A DNA stretch of 64,000 nucleotides from Candidatus Woesearchaeota archaeon (GTDB lineage: Archaea; Nanobdellota; Nanobdellia; Woesearchaeales; JACQSR01). Position numbers and translations under genes: made by a program. The stretch is taken from the NCBI GenBank assembly GCA_016211215.1, contig JACQSR010000014.1, forward strand, positions 14,980 through 78,979, given 5' to 3'. Positions 39,026 through 47,972 of the stretch are shown in pieces (the first letter of the stretch is position 1; every line of letters starts with the position of its first letter). Below the pieces are notes generated by a model. It did not search any database. It was not told where the DNA came from and saw nothing but the letters and a program-made list of their open reading frames with translations.

Positions 39026-40609
39026 TCACTTGAAGCCTCCTGAAAGCTCTATTGCCTTCATGCACGCTTGAGCCTTCCTTTCGGTTTCCTGGAACTCGCT
39101 TTCCGGAATGCTGTCAAACACTATTCCTGCGCCGGCCCTTATGTATGCCTTTTTGTTTTTCAGGCGCATGGAGCGTATTATGATTGCAGAATCAAACTCT
39201 CCCTGGGGGGTTAAGTAGCCAACTGCGCCGCCGTAAAATCCGCGCTTGTTTTTTTCCGCAAGCCTTATCAGCTTTGTTGCCATCACTTTAGGGCAGCCTG
39301 TCAAAGTGCCCATGTTCATGGAAGCGAGGTATGCGTGCAGCGCGTCAAGGTTTTCTTTCATTTCCCCCCTTACATTTGAGACCAAATGCTGGACGTGGGA
39401 ATACTTTTCCACAAAGAATGGTTTGTCAACGTACCTTGTGCCGGGCTTGGAAACCCTTGCCACGTCGTTTCTTGCCAAATCAACAAGCATGGTGTGCTCC
39501 GCAAGCTCCTTCTGGTCTGTTTTCAGCTCAATTTCGTACCTCGAATCAAGGTCTTCGTCAATCTTGTCCTTGTTAAGGCCTCTTGGTTTTGTACCCGCAA
39601 TAGGCCGTATCTGAACTAAATTGCCCGATACCTTGATGGACATTTCCGGTGATGCTCCCAAGAGAACGCCTTCGCCACCGTTTATGTAAAACATGTAGGG
39701 CGATGGGTTTAACCGCCTTAAGTTTTTGTAAATATCCAGGGGCTCTGCGTTGTAATTTGTGATTATGGTTCTTGATGGAACAACCTGCACAACATCGCCG
39801 TTGATAATGTGCTCCTTCATCTTAAGGACAATCCTCTTGAATTCTTCCTCTGACGTGTCTGTTTCAATAATCTGCTTTACCGGCTTGAATTTCGGAACTT
39901 TTGGCGGCTGGGATTCGATTGCCTTTTTGTAATACTGCAGCGTTTTTTGCAGCCTCTGGTGCGTTGCGCTCCTGGATTCGTGGGTTATCACCGCGTTGAT
40001 TACAATGTATGTCTTGCCTTCCATGTGGTTTGTGACAAAGAGGTTGTCGAGATAGTAAAACTCGTAATCCGGGTCGTTCAACGGGTTGTTTGTGTTTTTT
40101 GGCAGGTCCTCAAACTGGTCTATGAAATCAAATGAAAATGCACCGAAAAGGCCGCATGTCGGGAACTTTGATTCCGGAGCCTTGAACGCATTGCTGATGG
40201 TGCGCAATATGTCTATGTGGGTTTTCAGCTTAAGGCGCTGGTCTTCGCTCACCATCTTTCTTTTAGGGGTTAGCCTTCCGGTTATTGCCCCCTTCTTGAA
40301 CACCGCTGAATCGCAGAACTTGAAGTCCTTCTTTATCAGGTGCAGCATCTGGAGTCCCTGCTGGTTTAATGCCCTAATCTGGAACTGCTCTCCCCTGCCC
40401 GTTATATGAAGAGATGGATTTGCCGAGCCTATGCTTTTTTCGCCATAGCGCTCAACGTAGTCTGCAGACTCGAATAACAGCGAGTTTTTCCTTCTCCCAT
40501 AGTCCGAAAGCTTGGAAAACAGCCCTACAGCATCCGTATTTGGGACTTCCTCAACTATTGGAATTACGCTTCCCGGCTTCGCTTTTTTTAGCGTTTCAAT
40601 GTCTATCAT
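39026..40609 (-). CDS. trpE: anthranilate synthase component I
   Basis: LFES, NPSPYM, EHTMLVDLARND, AGAGIV; start set at ATG 40609. Confidence 0.96.
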   Translation of the reverse strand: MIDIETLKKAKPGSVIPIVEEVPNTDAVGLFSKLSDYGRRKNSLLFESADYVERYGEKSIGSANPSLHITGRGEQFQIRALNQQGLQMLHLIKKDFKFCDSAVFKKGAITGRLTPKRKMVSEDQRLKLKTHIDILRTISNAFKAPESKFPTCGLFGAFSFDFIDQFEDLPKNTNNPLNDPDYEFYYLDNLFVTNHMEGKTYIVINAVITHESRSATHQRLQKTLQYYKKAIESQPPKVPKFKPVKQIIETDTSEEEFKRIVLKMKEHIINGDVVQVVPSRTIITNYNAEPLDIYKNLRRLNPSPYMFYINGGEGVLLGASPEMSIKVSGNLVQIRPIAGTKPRGLNKDKIDEDLDSRYEIELKTDQKELAEHTMLVDLARNDVARVSKPGTRYVDKPFFVEKYSHVQHLVSNVRGEMKENLDALHAYLASMNMGTLTGCPKVMATKLIRLAEKNKRGFYGGAVGYLTPQGEFDSAIIIRSMRLKNKKAYIRAGAGIVFDSIPESEFQETERKAQACMKAIELSGGFK

Positions 40610-40922
40610 TTTTCTGAAATGCAATTATCGTGAAATTTATTAAGGTTTGGTAAAAAATTGCTGAAATTAGATGAAAATCGGGAGATAAGGTTAAATATGC
40701 CTTTTTCCAAGGTTCTAAGACCATTTAATCGTTTTCTAACTGTCCATAACACAAAGAAGTTTTATCCAGAGCCAAAAGTAGTAAATCTGCTTCCCTTACA
40801 TGAAAAGAGATAGAATAAGCGGAGTTTATAAAGTTCTACTGGAAAGGTGGGATTTTTAATTAACTACTCTGGAATAGTTAATTACCGAAAAGATTATAAA
40901 CCCTTACGCTTTAAATGGGGTA

Positions 40923-41885
40923 ATGGTAAAGAAAACCCTGCAAAACATAGATTCAATATTAAGCCGTATTAATACTCATCCGGAATTCTCCATTTTGCTA
41001 CGGGCTGAGATTATAAAACAAATGTGGGATGAAGCTACAAGGCATTCGATAGGTATCGAAACCCAGGCCGAATCCGATGGAACCAATAAAACCAAAAGGA
41101 AAAATGGCAACGGCGAAGCGTATCAAAACTTGACTGAAGCTATAAAACACTTATCAACATATGGTATATCCACATCAGTTCTTTCTTCACTTGGCCATAA
41201 AATAGAACCGGAAGGTCAGCCAGAAAATACATTCAGGCAGGTCGAAGTGCAATTCGGTGGGTTTGCTCCCCCATCTCCAAGGGTTTTGATGCAGGACGTT
41301 GATAACCTGGTTCGCAGGCTTGAAACATTCCAACATCCGGTTGAACGTGCAATAGAAGCCCACCTTGATATGGTTAGAATTCACCCATATACAGATGGAA
41401 ACGGGCGAGCAGCTAGGTTACTGCAGAATTTCTGCCTTCAGCAAAGCGGTTATCCGCCTGCGATAATACCCTCAACAGACAGGGATATTTACATAAGTCT
41501 TATAGCGGGTGCACTTTCTGACAGATACACATTAAAAAGCTCGTACGATAAGCCAAGCGAGAAAGAAGATTTATTCAGGATGTTCATTGCAGCAAAAGTT
41601 CTTGCATCCACTGAAAGGCTGGAAAACGAGCTAAAATCAAAGAGAAGGTATTCCATAATGTTAAGTGGGGTTGATGGGAAAGGACTTGCAATAACTCTTT
41701 GTGACAACCTTAGAGGTTATGGGAAAAAAGACCCACACAGGGGTATCACTTCCGGTATTGAAAAGATGAGGGGGGGTTACGTTATAAACGTTACTGGGAA
41801 TGTTAGCTCAGATGAGTTAGATAGTATTATGGGGCCTTTGTCAAAAAGGTACCACATAAAGTACAAACTGAAGACGTTGGTTTAA
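40923..41885 (+). CDS. Fic-domain protein
   Basis: HPYTDGNGRAAR Fic motif. Confidence 0.9.
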   Translation: MVKKTLQNIDSILSRINTHPEFSILLRAEIIKQMWDEATRHSIGIETQAESDGTNKTKRKNGNGEAYQNLTEAIKHLSTYGISTSVLSSLGHKIEPEGQPENTFRQVEVQFGGFAPPSPRVLMQDVDNLVRRLETFQHPVERAIEAHLDMVRIHPYTDGNGRAARLLQNFCLQQSGYPPAIIPSTDRDIYISLIAGALSDRYTLKSSYDKPSEKEDLFRMFIAAKVLASTERLENELKSKRRYSIMLSGVDGKGLAITLCDNLRGYGKKDPHRGITSGIEKMRGGYVINVTGNVSSDELDSIMGPLSKRYHIKYKLKTLV

Positions 41886-42097
41886 TCTTGTAGCAACATT
41901 GAAGGGGAAATAATCGATAAAGAGAAGTGCATTAAAATATGCAGGGTTACAAGTATCAAAGGGATAATACATTCTGAGTTGGGAGGGCTTCTTGAGGGGA
42001 ATGAAAAGAATGATTGCCTAAAGAAAGGAGTCAGTTACTCAGGGGGCTAAGTCTGGACTAGAAAGCAATAAAAAGCAGGTTAGATTCCCCTGCACTC

Positions 42098-43054
42098 ATG
42101 CAAACACAAGAACTCATAAATCTCATTATGTGGGATAATTCTGAATGTAAAATCAGGTCAGATGCAAAGGATTTTGATGGAGCATTTTTAATACATGGTG
42201 TGGCAGTTTTTTTATCAAGAAGGGGTGTTGCGGAAGGGATAAACCCTGATTACCTTGCCTTTTCCCTTGCAAATAGGGCTTATTCGGAGCGACAGCTTGG
42301 AAGATACGATGTTTCATTGGATACCCTTGAAGAAGCGCTTTTATGTGTGGAGAAAAGTACAACAAGTTTTGGGCGTGGCCGTGTTCTTGAGGAAATGGCT
42401 CTTGTGCACAGGTACCGTGGAGTCGATAAGGAAAAAGACCTGGAAATTGCTTTGCCACTCGCAGAAAAGGCTATTGAGGCTTACGAAAAGGGACTTTCTG
42501 CCCGTGCGGATGGGGAGATTGTTGATAGGAAGGAGATTTATGACAGGTTCTGCCGGGTTACCGGTATTGCAGGCATGATATATGCAGAATTAGGAAGATT
42601 AAAAAGTGGAGAAGAAAAACAAGTTCTACTTAAAAAAGGCGCTGAATATGCGTTTAAAGAGGTATGGCTAAGAAAGATTGGGGGCATAGATAAAGGCGAG
42701 GCATACAGCAACGCATGCCACTCGGCAGGAGCTGCTCTCACCGAGTCCGTAGGGCAAGATACAGTCGATGAATATCACAAAGCTAAGGACTGCCTGTTAG
42801 AAGCGGGGGTAGATGCCTCAGAAGCAACAAAAGCTGTATTGAAATTACGCCTTGCATGGCTTGAGTATAAGCATGCAGATCCTTCACATGAAAGCGAAAT
42901 GAGAAATCTTTTTGACACGTTCATGTCAGACCCTATTGTTGGAACAAAAGGGTTTAAAGGTGTAAGAGATGCTCTTCGTGTCCAGGTGGAGACTCTCTCA
43001 AAACAGTTTGGCGAGCCTTACCTATCCCAAGCCGAAAAGTTCTATAGTTCATGA
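42098..43054 (+). CDS. helical TPR-like hypothetical protein
   Basis: Repeated A/L-rich helices (LANRAYSERQLGRYD..., AEKAIEAYE). Confidence 0.6.
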   Translation: MQTQELINLIMWDNSECKIRSDAKDFDGAFLIHGVAVFLSRRGVAEGINPDYLAFSLANRAYSERQLGRYDVSLDTLEEALLCVEKSTTSFGRGRVLEEMALVHRYRGVDKEKDLEIALPLAEKAIEAYEKGLSARADGEIVDRKEIYDRFCRVTGIAGMIYAELGRLKSGEEKQVLLKKGAEYAFKEVWLRKIGGIDKGEAYSNACHSAGAALTESVGQDTVDEYHKAKDCLLEAGVDASEATKAVLKLRLAWLEYKHADPSHESEMRNLFDTFMSDPIVGTKGFKGVRDALRVQVETLSKQFGEPYLSQAEKFYSS

Positions 43055-43128
43055 GACAGATGAACTTCTTTCGGGGCATCCTGGTTTGCAAGTTTTTATA
43101 AAGCTGATATTTTTCTACCCTTCTTCGT

Positions 43129-43358
43129 GGGGCCATGGTGTAACTTGGCCAACATTGGGTCTTCGGGGGACTCAGCTCGGGGTTCAAATGTAAGGGCTGC
43201 GCCGTGAGAGACTGCACCTGATGGAAACAACGAGTTTCCAGCACATCCACAACTATGCGGATGCTTCACACGCTGGCAGTCAAGTGGGATTTTCAATCCC
43301 ACGGACTTTGCTGAAGTGAAGAAAAATGCAACCCTTAATGAAAGTCCCCGTGGCCCCA
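43129..43358 (+). tRNA. tRNA-Pro(CGG) with 156-nt intron at 59/60 (43189..43344)
   Basis: GGGGCCA/TGGCCCC acceptor, GGGTC-TTCGGGG-GACTC anticodon arm; BHB with TTCA/TGAA helix and AA|T and AG|T bulges restores TTCAAAT. Confidence 0.9.
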
Positions 43359-43363
43359 TATCT

Positions 43364-43419
43364 AAGGGTTGCACCCGATAGACCCCCGCAGTTAAGTGGG
43401 ACTTGCAGTCCCACGAACT
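43364..43419 (+). repeat. tRNA-associated structured repeat family C, copy 2
   Basis: AAGGGTTGCACCC...AAGTGGGAC-ttgca-GTCCCACGAACT. Confidence 0.8.
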
Positions 43420-43436
43420 GCACGATTTAAGAAATT

Positions 43437-43889
43437 CTACTTGAATATTTCCTGAATAACTTTTTCAGCAACGCTTCTCTTTTTCGGAAATGACGCAATG
43501 CTGATTCTAATGTGGAAGCAGTTGCCTGAATCCGTAACCTGAAAGATGTTTTCATCAATTAATTTGTCCTTTTCGAGGCGAATGAAGAAATCCATATCCT
43601 CATCAAGCCTCGAATGGAGCTGGCGGATTAGAAGCTGTTTTTGGTCCGCGGAAAGCTTTTCCCTGAGATTGTCAATAAATGGATTTGTATGCCTCTCTTT
43701 TGTCAGCACAACTTTGTAAATCAGGATTGCGCTTTCGTCTGCCGCAGTAGCCTTCGTGGATTCTATCGGGATTTTTTCCTGCTCAAGGTCAAACGGAAAC
43801 AGCTCTTTCAGCCTTGAAAGAACCATCTCCTCCCCTGCTTTTGCAAATACTGTCACCTGGATGGTGTGCGCGAGTTTCACGAACTGCAC
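43437..43889 (-). CDS. archaeal RNA-binding protein (COG1325, exosome-associated type)
   Basis: FFIRLEKD...TDSGNCFHIRISIASFP. Confidence 0.75.
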   Translation of the reverse strand: MQFVKLAHTIQVTVFAKAGEEMVLSRLKELFPFDLEQEKIPIESTKATAADESAILIYKVVLTKERHTNPFIDNLREKLSADQKQLLIRQLHSRLDEDMDFFIRLEKDKLIDENIFQVTDSGNCFHIRISIASFPKKRSVAEKVIQEIFK

Positions 43890-43964
43890 TAATTACCAGG
43901 GATATTTAAATCATTGGGAAACAAAAAAGTAAAGATATAAATACATACCTATAGGGGGGGAGAC

Positions 43965-44849
43965 ATGAAACACACCATTGCGCCGAGCCTCATGCTGATA
44001 GGGCTTTTCGTGGTTTCCCAGGCTGCGGGGCTTGCAATAATAAGCGCGGATGCGAAAATTAACATGCTGCCTTCCGGCGAGATTGAGGTTTTCCACGGCA
44101 ATACTGCGCTTGGGGAAAGGCCGCAAATCCAGGGTGGCACAACAACTGCATACATCCTCGGGGCATTGATATTTGGAACTGTGCTGCTTCTCGTGATTAT
44201 AAGATTCGGAAAAATCAGGCTTTGGAAAATATGGTACTTCACTGCAGTATGGGCAACAATAACTGTCTCCATCGGAGTTTTCCTGCACCCCATTGCTTCC
44301 GGCGCAATTGCGCTTTTGCTTGCAATCGCAAAGATATTCAGGCCAGGCCTGATAACACACAACACAACGGAAGTGCTGATGTATTCGGGCATTGCACTGC
44401 TCTTTGTGCCGCTGCTGAACATAAAATGGATGATTGTCGTTTTACTGATAATTTCTGCCTATGACGCCTATGCGGTGTGGAAGAGCAAGCACATGATAAA
44501 AATGGCAAAGTTCACTATGGATTCAAAGGTCTTTGCCGGTCTCGCAATTCCCTACAAAGGCGAGAAGATTGTGGGAAAGGGCTTAAGCAAAGGGCAGGGC
44601 CGAACTGCAATACTTGGGGGCGGCGATGTTGCGTTTCCGCTCATGTTTTCAGGGGTTGTGATGGAAGGGCTAATGTCGGGCGGAATTTCAGGGGCTTTTG
44701 CATATTACGAATCACTTATCATCGTGGGATTTGCAACAATAGCGCTGAGTTTCCTGCTGATTAAGGGAAAGAAAGGAAGATTCTATCCCGCAATGCCGTT
44801 CCTTACTGCAGCGTGCCTCCTTGGGTACGGGGTAATATTACTTCTCTGA
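43965..44849 (+). CDS. presenilin/signal peptide peptidase family GxGD intramembrane protease
   Basis: YD (SAYDAYAV), LGGGD, PAMP motifs. Confidence 0.92.
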   Translation: MKHTIAPSLMLIGLFVVSQAAGLAIISADAKINMLPSGEIEVFHGNTALGERPQIQGGTTTAYILGALIFGTVLLLVIIRFGKIRLWKIWYFTAVWATITVSIGVFLHPIASGAIALLLAIAKIFRPGLITHNTTEVLMYSGIALLFVPLLNIKWMIVVLLIISAYDAYAVWKSKHMIKMAKFTMDSKVFAGLAIPYKGEKIVGKGLSKGQGRTAILGGGDVAFPLMFSGVVMEGLMSGGISGAFAYYESLIIVGFATIALSFLLIKGKKGRFYPAMPFLTAACLLGYGVILLL

Positions 44850-45752
44850 ACCAAAAATCTCATTGAGGGTTTTATTCTCTTCAATCGCCTGTACAATGTC
44901 CACATCCTTCGCCGGGGTCAGTTCAGTAACTTCTGCATTCTTTGGCGGAGAAAAAACATTCAATGTCATCTGCCCCTGGGAAACTGAATAATTCACAGGA
45001 TTGACAACCATCCCGTCCTTTGCGGCTATCACCTGTACGCCGGTTTCATTTTGGAGCTCTCTAGCAGCAATGATAGGGTCGTACTCCATCATGGAAATCC
45101 CAAAGTGGGTGATTATGCACAGCCTGGGCTTCACTTCGGAGATAATTTTCAATGCGTCATTGACAGAAAGATTCTTGCCGTCGCCCTTCACTGAAACCAC
45201 ATTCAAAATCAGCACATTCGAATTTCTGTAAAATTCTATCAGCCTTCTTGAATACATTGCGTCAGAGCTGTATGACAGCGTGAATTCGGTTGTGTAAAAC
45301 TTGAATCCCACTGTTGAAGGGTCTGAATGGTCGCACGGCAGCATTTGAATCTCAACGTCGTTTATGCCTATGCGCTGATGAGGCCTAAGCACTATAAAGC
45401 GCTCAAGGCATTTCTTGTAAAACTCCTGAAGCACTGGCTGCTGACTTGAGCTTCCGTTGATTACCGTGTCAGATGCCAATAGAACGCCTTTCTTGTCAAA
45501 CCCGCGGTAAGTCATTGCATCTATAACTGCATTTAGGTCATTTGAATGGTTCATGTGGGAATGCGAGACAAGAATTGCAGTGTTTGCCCTGAGATTTACC
45601 CCATATTCATGCGCCTTTGCCAATGCACCGGGTCCCGGGTCGATGTGGAACTGGTTTTCTCCAACCTGCAGAACAATGCCTCCCGAAGAGCGCAGCTGCC
45701 TGCCTAACACATAAGTGTCCCCTGCAGTTCCGAGAAATGTTATTGATGAAAT
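44838..45752 (-). CDS. metallo-beta-lactamase fold hydrolase
   Basis: IDPGPG, SHSHMNHSND, ITHFG; frame extends to (I)SSITFLGTAG with ATT at 45752. Confidence 0.85.
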   Translation of the reverse strand: MSSITFLGTAGDTYVLGRQLRSSGGIVLQVGENQFHIDPGPGALAKAHEYGVNLRANTAILVSHSHMNHSNDLNAVIDAMTYRGFDKKGVLLASDTVINGSSSQQPVLQEFYKKCLERFIVLRPHQRIGINDVEIQMLPCDHSDPSTVGFKFYTTEFTLSYSSDAMYSRRLIEFYRNSNVLILNVVSVKGDGKNLSVNDALKIISEVKPRLCIITHFGISMMEYDPIIAARELQNETGVQVIAAKDGMVVNPVNYSVSQGQMTLNVFSPPKNAEVTELTPAKDVDIVQAIEENKTLNEIFGSEK

Positions 45753-45887
45753 TTTGGCCCCCGAGAGGCGAGTATTCTGCGAAGTTAATAAATTTTTTGA
45801 TTTGGGTTGCCCATACCCTCACTTGTAAACTGATGTAAAGCGTGTATTAAAGCAACCTTTATAAGGCATTATTTACTCTACCATACC

Positions 45888-46154
45888 GCAGGCTAGGTTG
45901 GGAAGATAGCACTCTCCTGTCACTCCAGACGTGCTTAGGGAGGACTGAATGCCGGAATGAGGGTGCATCAGATTGCATTGGTCTTGGCCTGGACGAAGAC
46001 GCTTTGTCCTGCTGGGCTGATGCTTCTGGGAAACGTGTCAGGTCAGGAATGAAGCAGCACTAACCTTTTGCATTGGTGTCTTCAGGGTTGCAGAGCCGAG
46101 GAAAGGACAAGGCAAACCATTGCAGTTTGGTGTATTCGACTTCCGGATGCCTGC
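45888..46154 (+). ncRNA. archaeal SRP RNA (7S)
   Basis: Helix 8 GTGTCAGGTCAGGAATGAAGCAGCAC; terminal GCAGGC/GCCTGC pairing; TTTATAA promoter. Confidence 0.88.
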
Positions 46155-46158
46155 ACTT

Positions 46159-47061
46159 TTATTTCGCATAACTCAGCCAGCTCCCGTATTTCTTGTTCCT
46201 TCCCTGAACAACATCTAGAAATGCAGTTTTGAGCTTTCTTGTAATTGGGCCTATGCTGCCATTGCCTATCACTGTTTCATCAATCTGCTTTATTCCGGTT
46301 ACCTCTGCGGCAGTTCCTGTATAGAAGCATTCGTCCGCTGATTTTGCATCTTTTACCGAGATTACTTTTTCTTCAGAATCGTGGCCTAAATCCCTTGCAA
46401 TCTTTATTATTGAATCCCTTGTAATGCCCGGCAGGATGTTTCCAAGCGGAGGGGTATATAATTTTCCTTTTTTAATCATGAAGAAATTTTCTCCGGGGCC
46501 TTCTGCAATGTTGCCTGTATAATCAAGAAGCAAACATTCCTGGTATCCGGATTCCTTTGCCTCAAGGCTTGCAAGTATGGAATTGACATAATGGCCGGAG
46601 ACCTTTGCGTCAGAGATTAGTGATTTGGGGTGTATTCTCATGTACTTTGAAACCTTTACCTTAACTGCCTCCTCGCCCAAATAAGAGCCCCAGGGCCAGA
46701 CTGCGATTGCAACATCAACAGGAGCCCCTTCAGGGTTCAGTCCCATTTTTCCATAGCCGAAGAACGCAATTGGCCTTATGTATCCTGCGCCGATTTTGTT
46801 TTTCCTTATCGTCTCCAAAGTTGCTTCCTCAAGCTGCTGCTGGGTGAATGGAATTTTCATGTTAAAGACTTTTGCAGACTTAAGCAGCCTTGCAGTGTGC
46901 TCCTTCAGCCTGAAAACCGCAGGGCCTTTATCGGTCTTGTAGAACCTTATCCCCTCGAAGACAGCAGAGCCGTAATGCAACGCGTGGACCAAAACGTGGA
47001 TTTTTGCATCCTCCCATTTTACAAGCTTTCCGTTGAACCAAATATAGTCTGTCTTGTCCAT
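46159..47061 (-). CDS. ilvE: branched-chain amino acid aminotransferase
   Basis: LHYGSAVFEGIR, AEGPGENFF, ILPGITR, TGTAAE. Confidence 0.97.
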   Translation of the reverse strand: MDKTDYIWFNGKLVKWEDAKIHVLVHALHYGSAVFEGIRFYKTDKGPAVFRLKEHTARLLKSAKVFNMKIPFTQQQLEEATLETIRKNKIGAGYIRPIAFFGYGKMGLNPEGAPVDVAIAVWPWGSYLGEEAVKVKVSKYMRIHPKSLISDAKVSGHYVNSILASLEAKESGYQECLLLDYTGNIAEGPGENFFMIKKGKLYTPPLGNILPGITRDSIIKIARDLGHDSEEKVISVKDAKSADECFYTGTAAEVTGIKQIDETVIGNGSIGPITRKLKTAFLDVVQGRNKKYGSWLSYAK

Positions 47062-47107
47062 TCGGCAAAGAATTTGATTTATGTTTATAAATGTTGTTTA
47101 ATCTTGA

Positions 47108-47971
47108 TTATGCAAGGAAATACACAATCAGGGGTATTGCAAAAAGAGAAATCAGGGTGGACAGGAAAACCGTGGAGGCTACATAATCCGGGTCTGCCCG
47201 GAATTTCTGAGCCAGCAGCAAGGACATAAGCGCGGATGGCATTGCAGACTGGAGGATTATGGTGGATTTTGTAACGCCCGAAATTCCCAGAAGATAAACG
47301 AACAATAAAGAAACGGCAAGGCCTCCAAGGATTCTTGCAATTGATGAAATAAGCCCTATCCTGAATGTGGTAATCTTAACTTCAGTCAGCTTATACCCGA
47401 GTATTATTAGGGCAAGCGGAATGGTAGCCTTTCCGACAATGTCCATGGTTGAAAAAAGGACATCCGGAATCCTGATGTTGAAATATACAAGGATTACGGA
47501 GAGCAGGATTGCATAAAGCTGGGGCATTTTTGCAACTTCCTTAAAGGAGTCCCTGCTGCTGACTATGTATATTCCAACCGTGTATATCAGCACCGATGTC
47601 ACCATGTTATACACCAATGCCTCTGCAAGGCCGACACTGCCGAACGCAAAAAGCGCAACCGGCAATCCCATATGCCCGGTATTCCCGAAGATTAAAGACA
47701 GCTTAACGCCCCGGGAATTGAATCCTGAAATCCTGTAGAATATTGACACCAAAACCCATATTGAGAGCATGACAAAGCATGCGCCGGCGATGATTACCAC
47801 AATGTTTGACAGCTGTGTTGCACTGCCAACAAGAGATGTGACAATCAGCGGCGGAATGGTGACATAAAGAAGAAAATCAACAAACGGATTGATGTCAACC
47901 CTCTTTATCTTCCCAAGGAAAAAACCTAGCCCGATTATCAGGATTAGCGGAAGTATGACATCAATAACCAT
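47108..47971 (-). CDS. AEC (auxin efflux carrier) family transporter
   Basis: FGNTGHMGLPV, ATIPLALIILG, SAMPSA. Confidence 0.9.
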   Translation of the reverse strand: MVIDVILPLILIIGLGFFLGKIKRVDINPFVDFLLYVTIPPLIVTSLVGSATQLSNIVVIIAGACFVMLSIWVLVSIFYRISGFNSRGVKLSLIFGNTGHMGLPVALFAFGSVGLAEALVYNMVTSVLIYTVGIYIVSSRDSFKEVAKMPQLYAILLSVILVYFNIRIPDVLFSTMDIVGKATIPLALIILGYKLTEVKITTFRIGLISSIARILGGLAVSLLFVYLLGISGVTKSTIILQSAMPSALMSLLLAQKFRADPDYVASTVFLSTLISLFAIPLIVYFLA

Positions 47972-47972
47972 G

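Noticed and set aside
41886-42050. Open stretch reading SCSNIEGEIIDKEKCIKIC...
   Set aside because: It has no start codon or recognisable family; it may be a gene relic but cannot be supported.
43189-43344. Group I intron in tRNA-Pro
   Set aside because: It is short, no P7 core was recognised, and a BHB explains both splice sites.
43096-43374. 92-aa minus-strand ORF and overlapping short ORFs
   Set aside because: They overlap tRNA-Pro and its intron.
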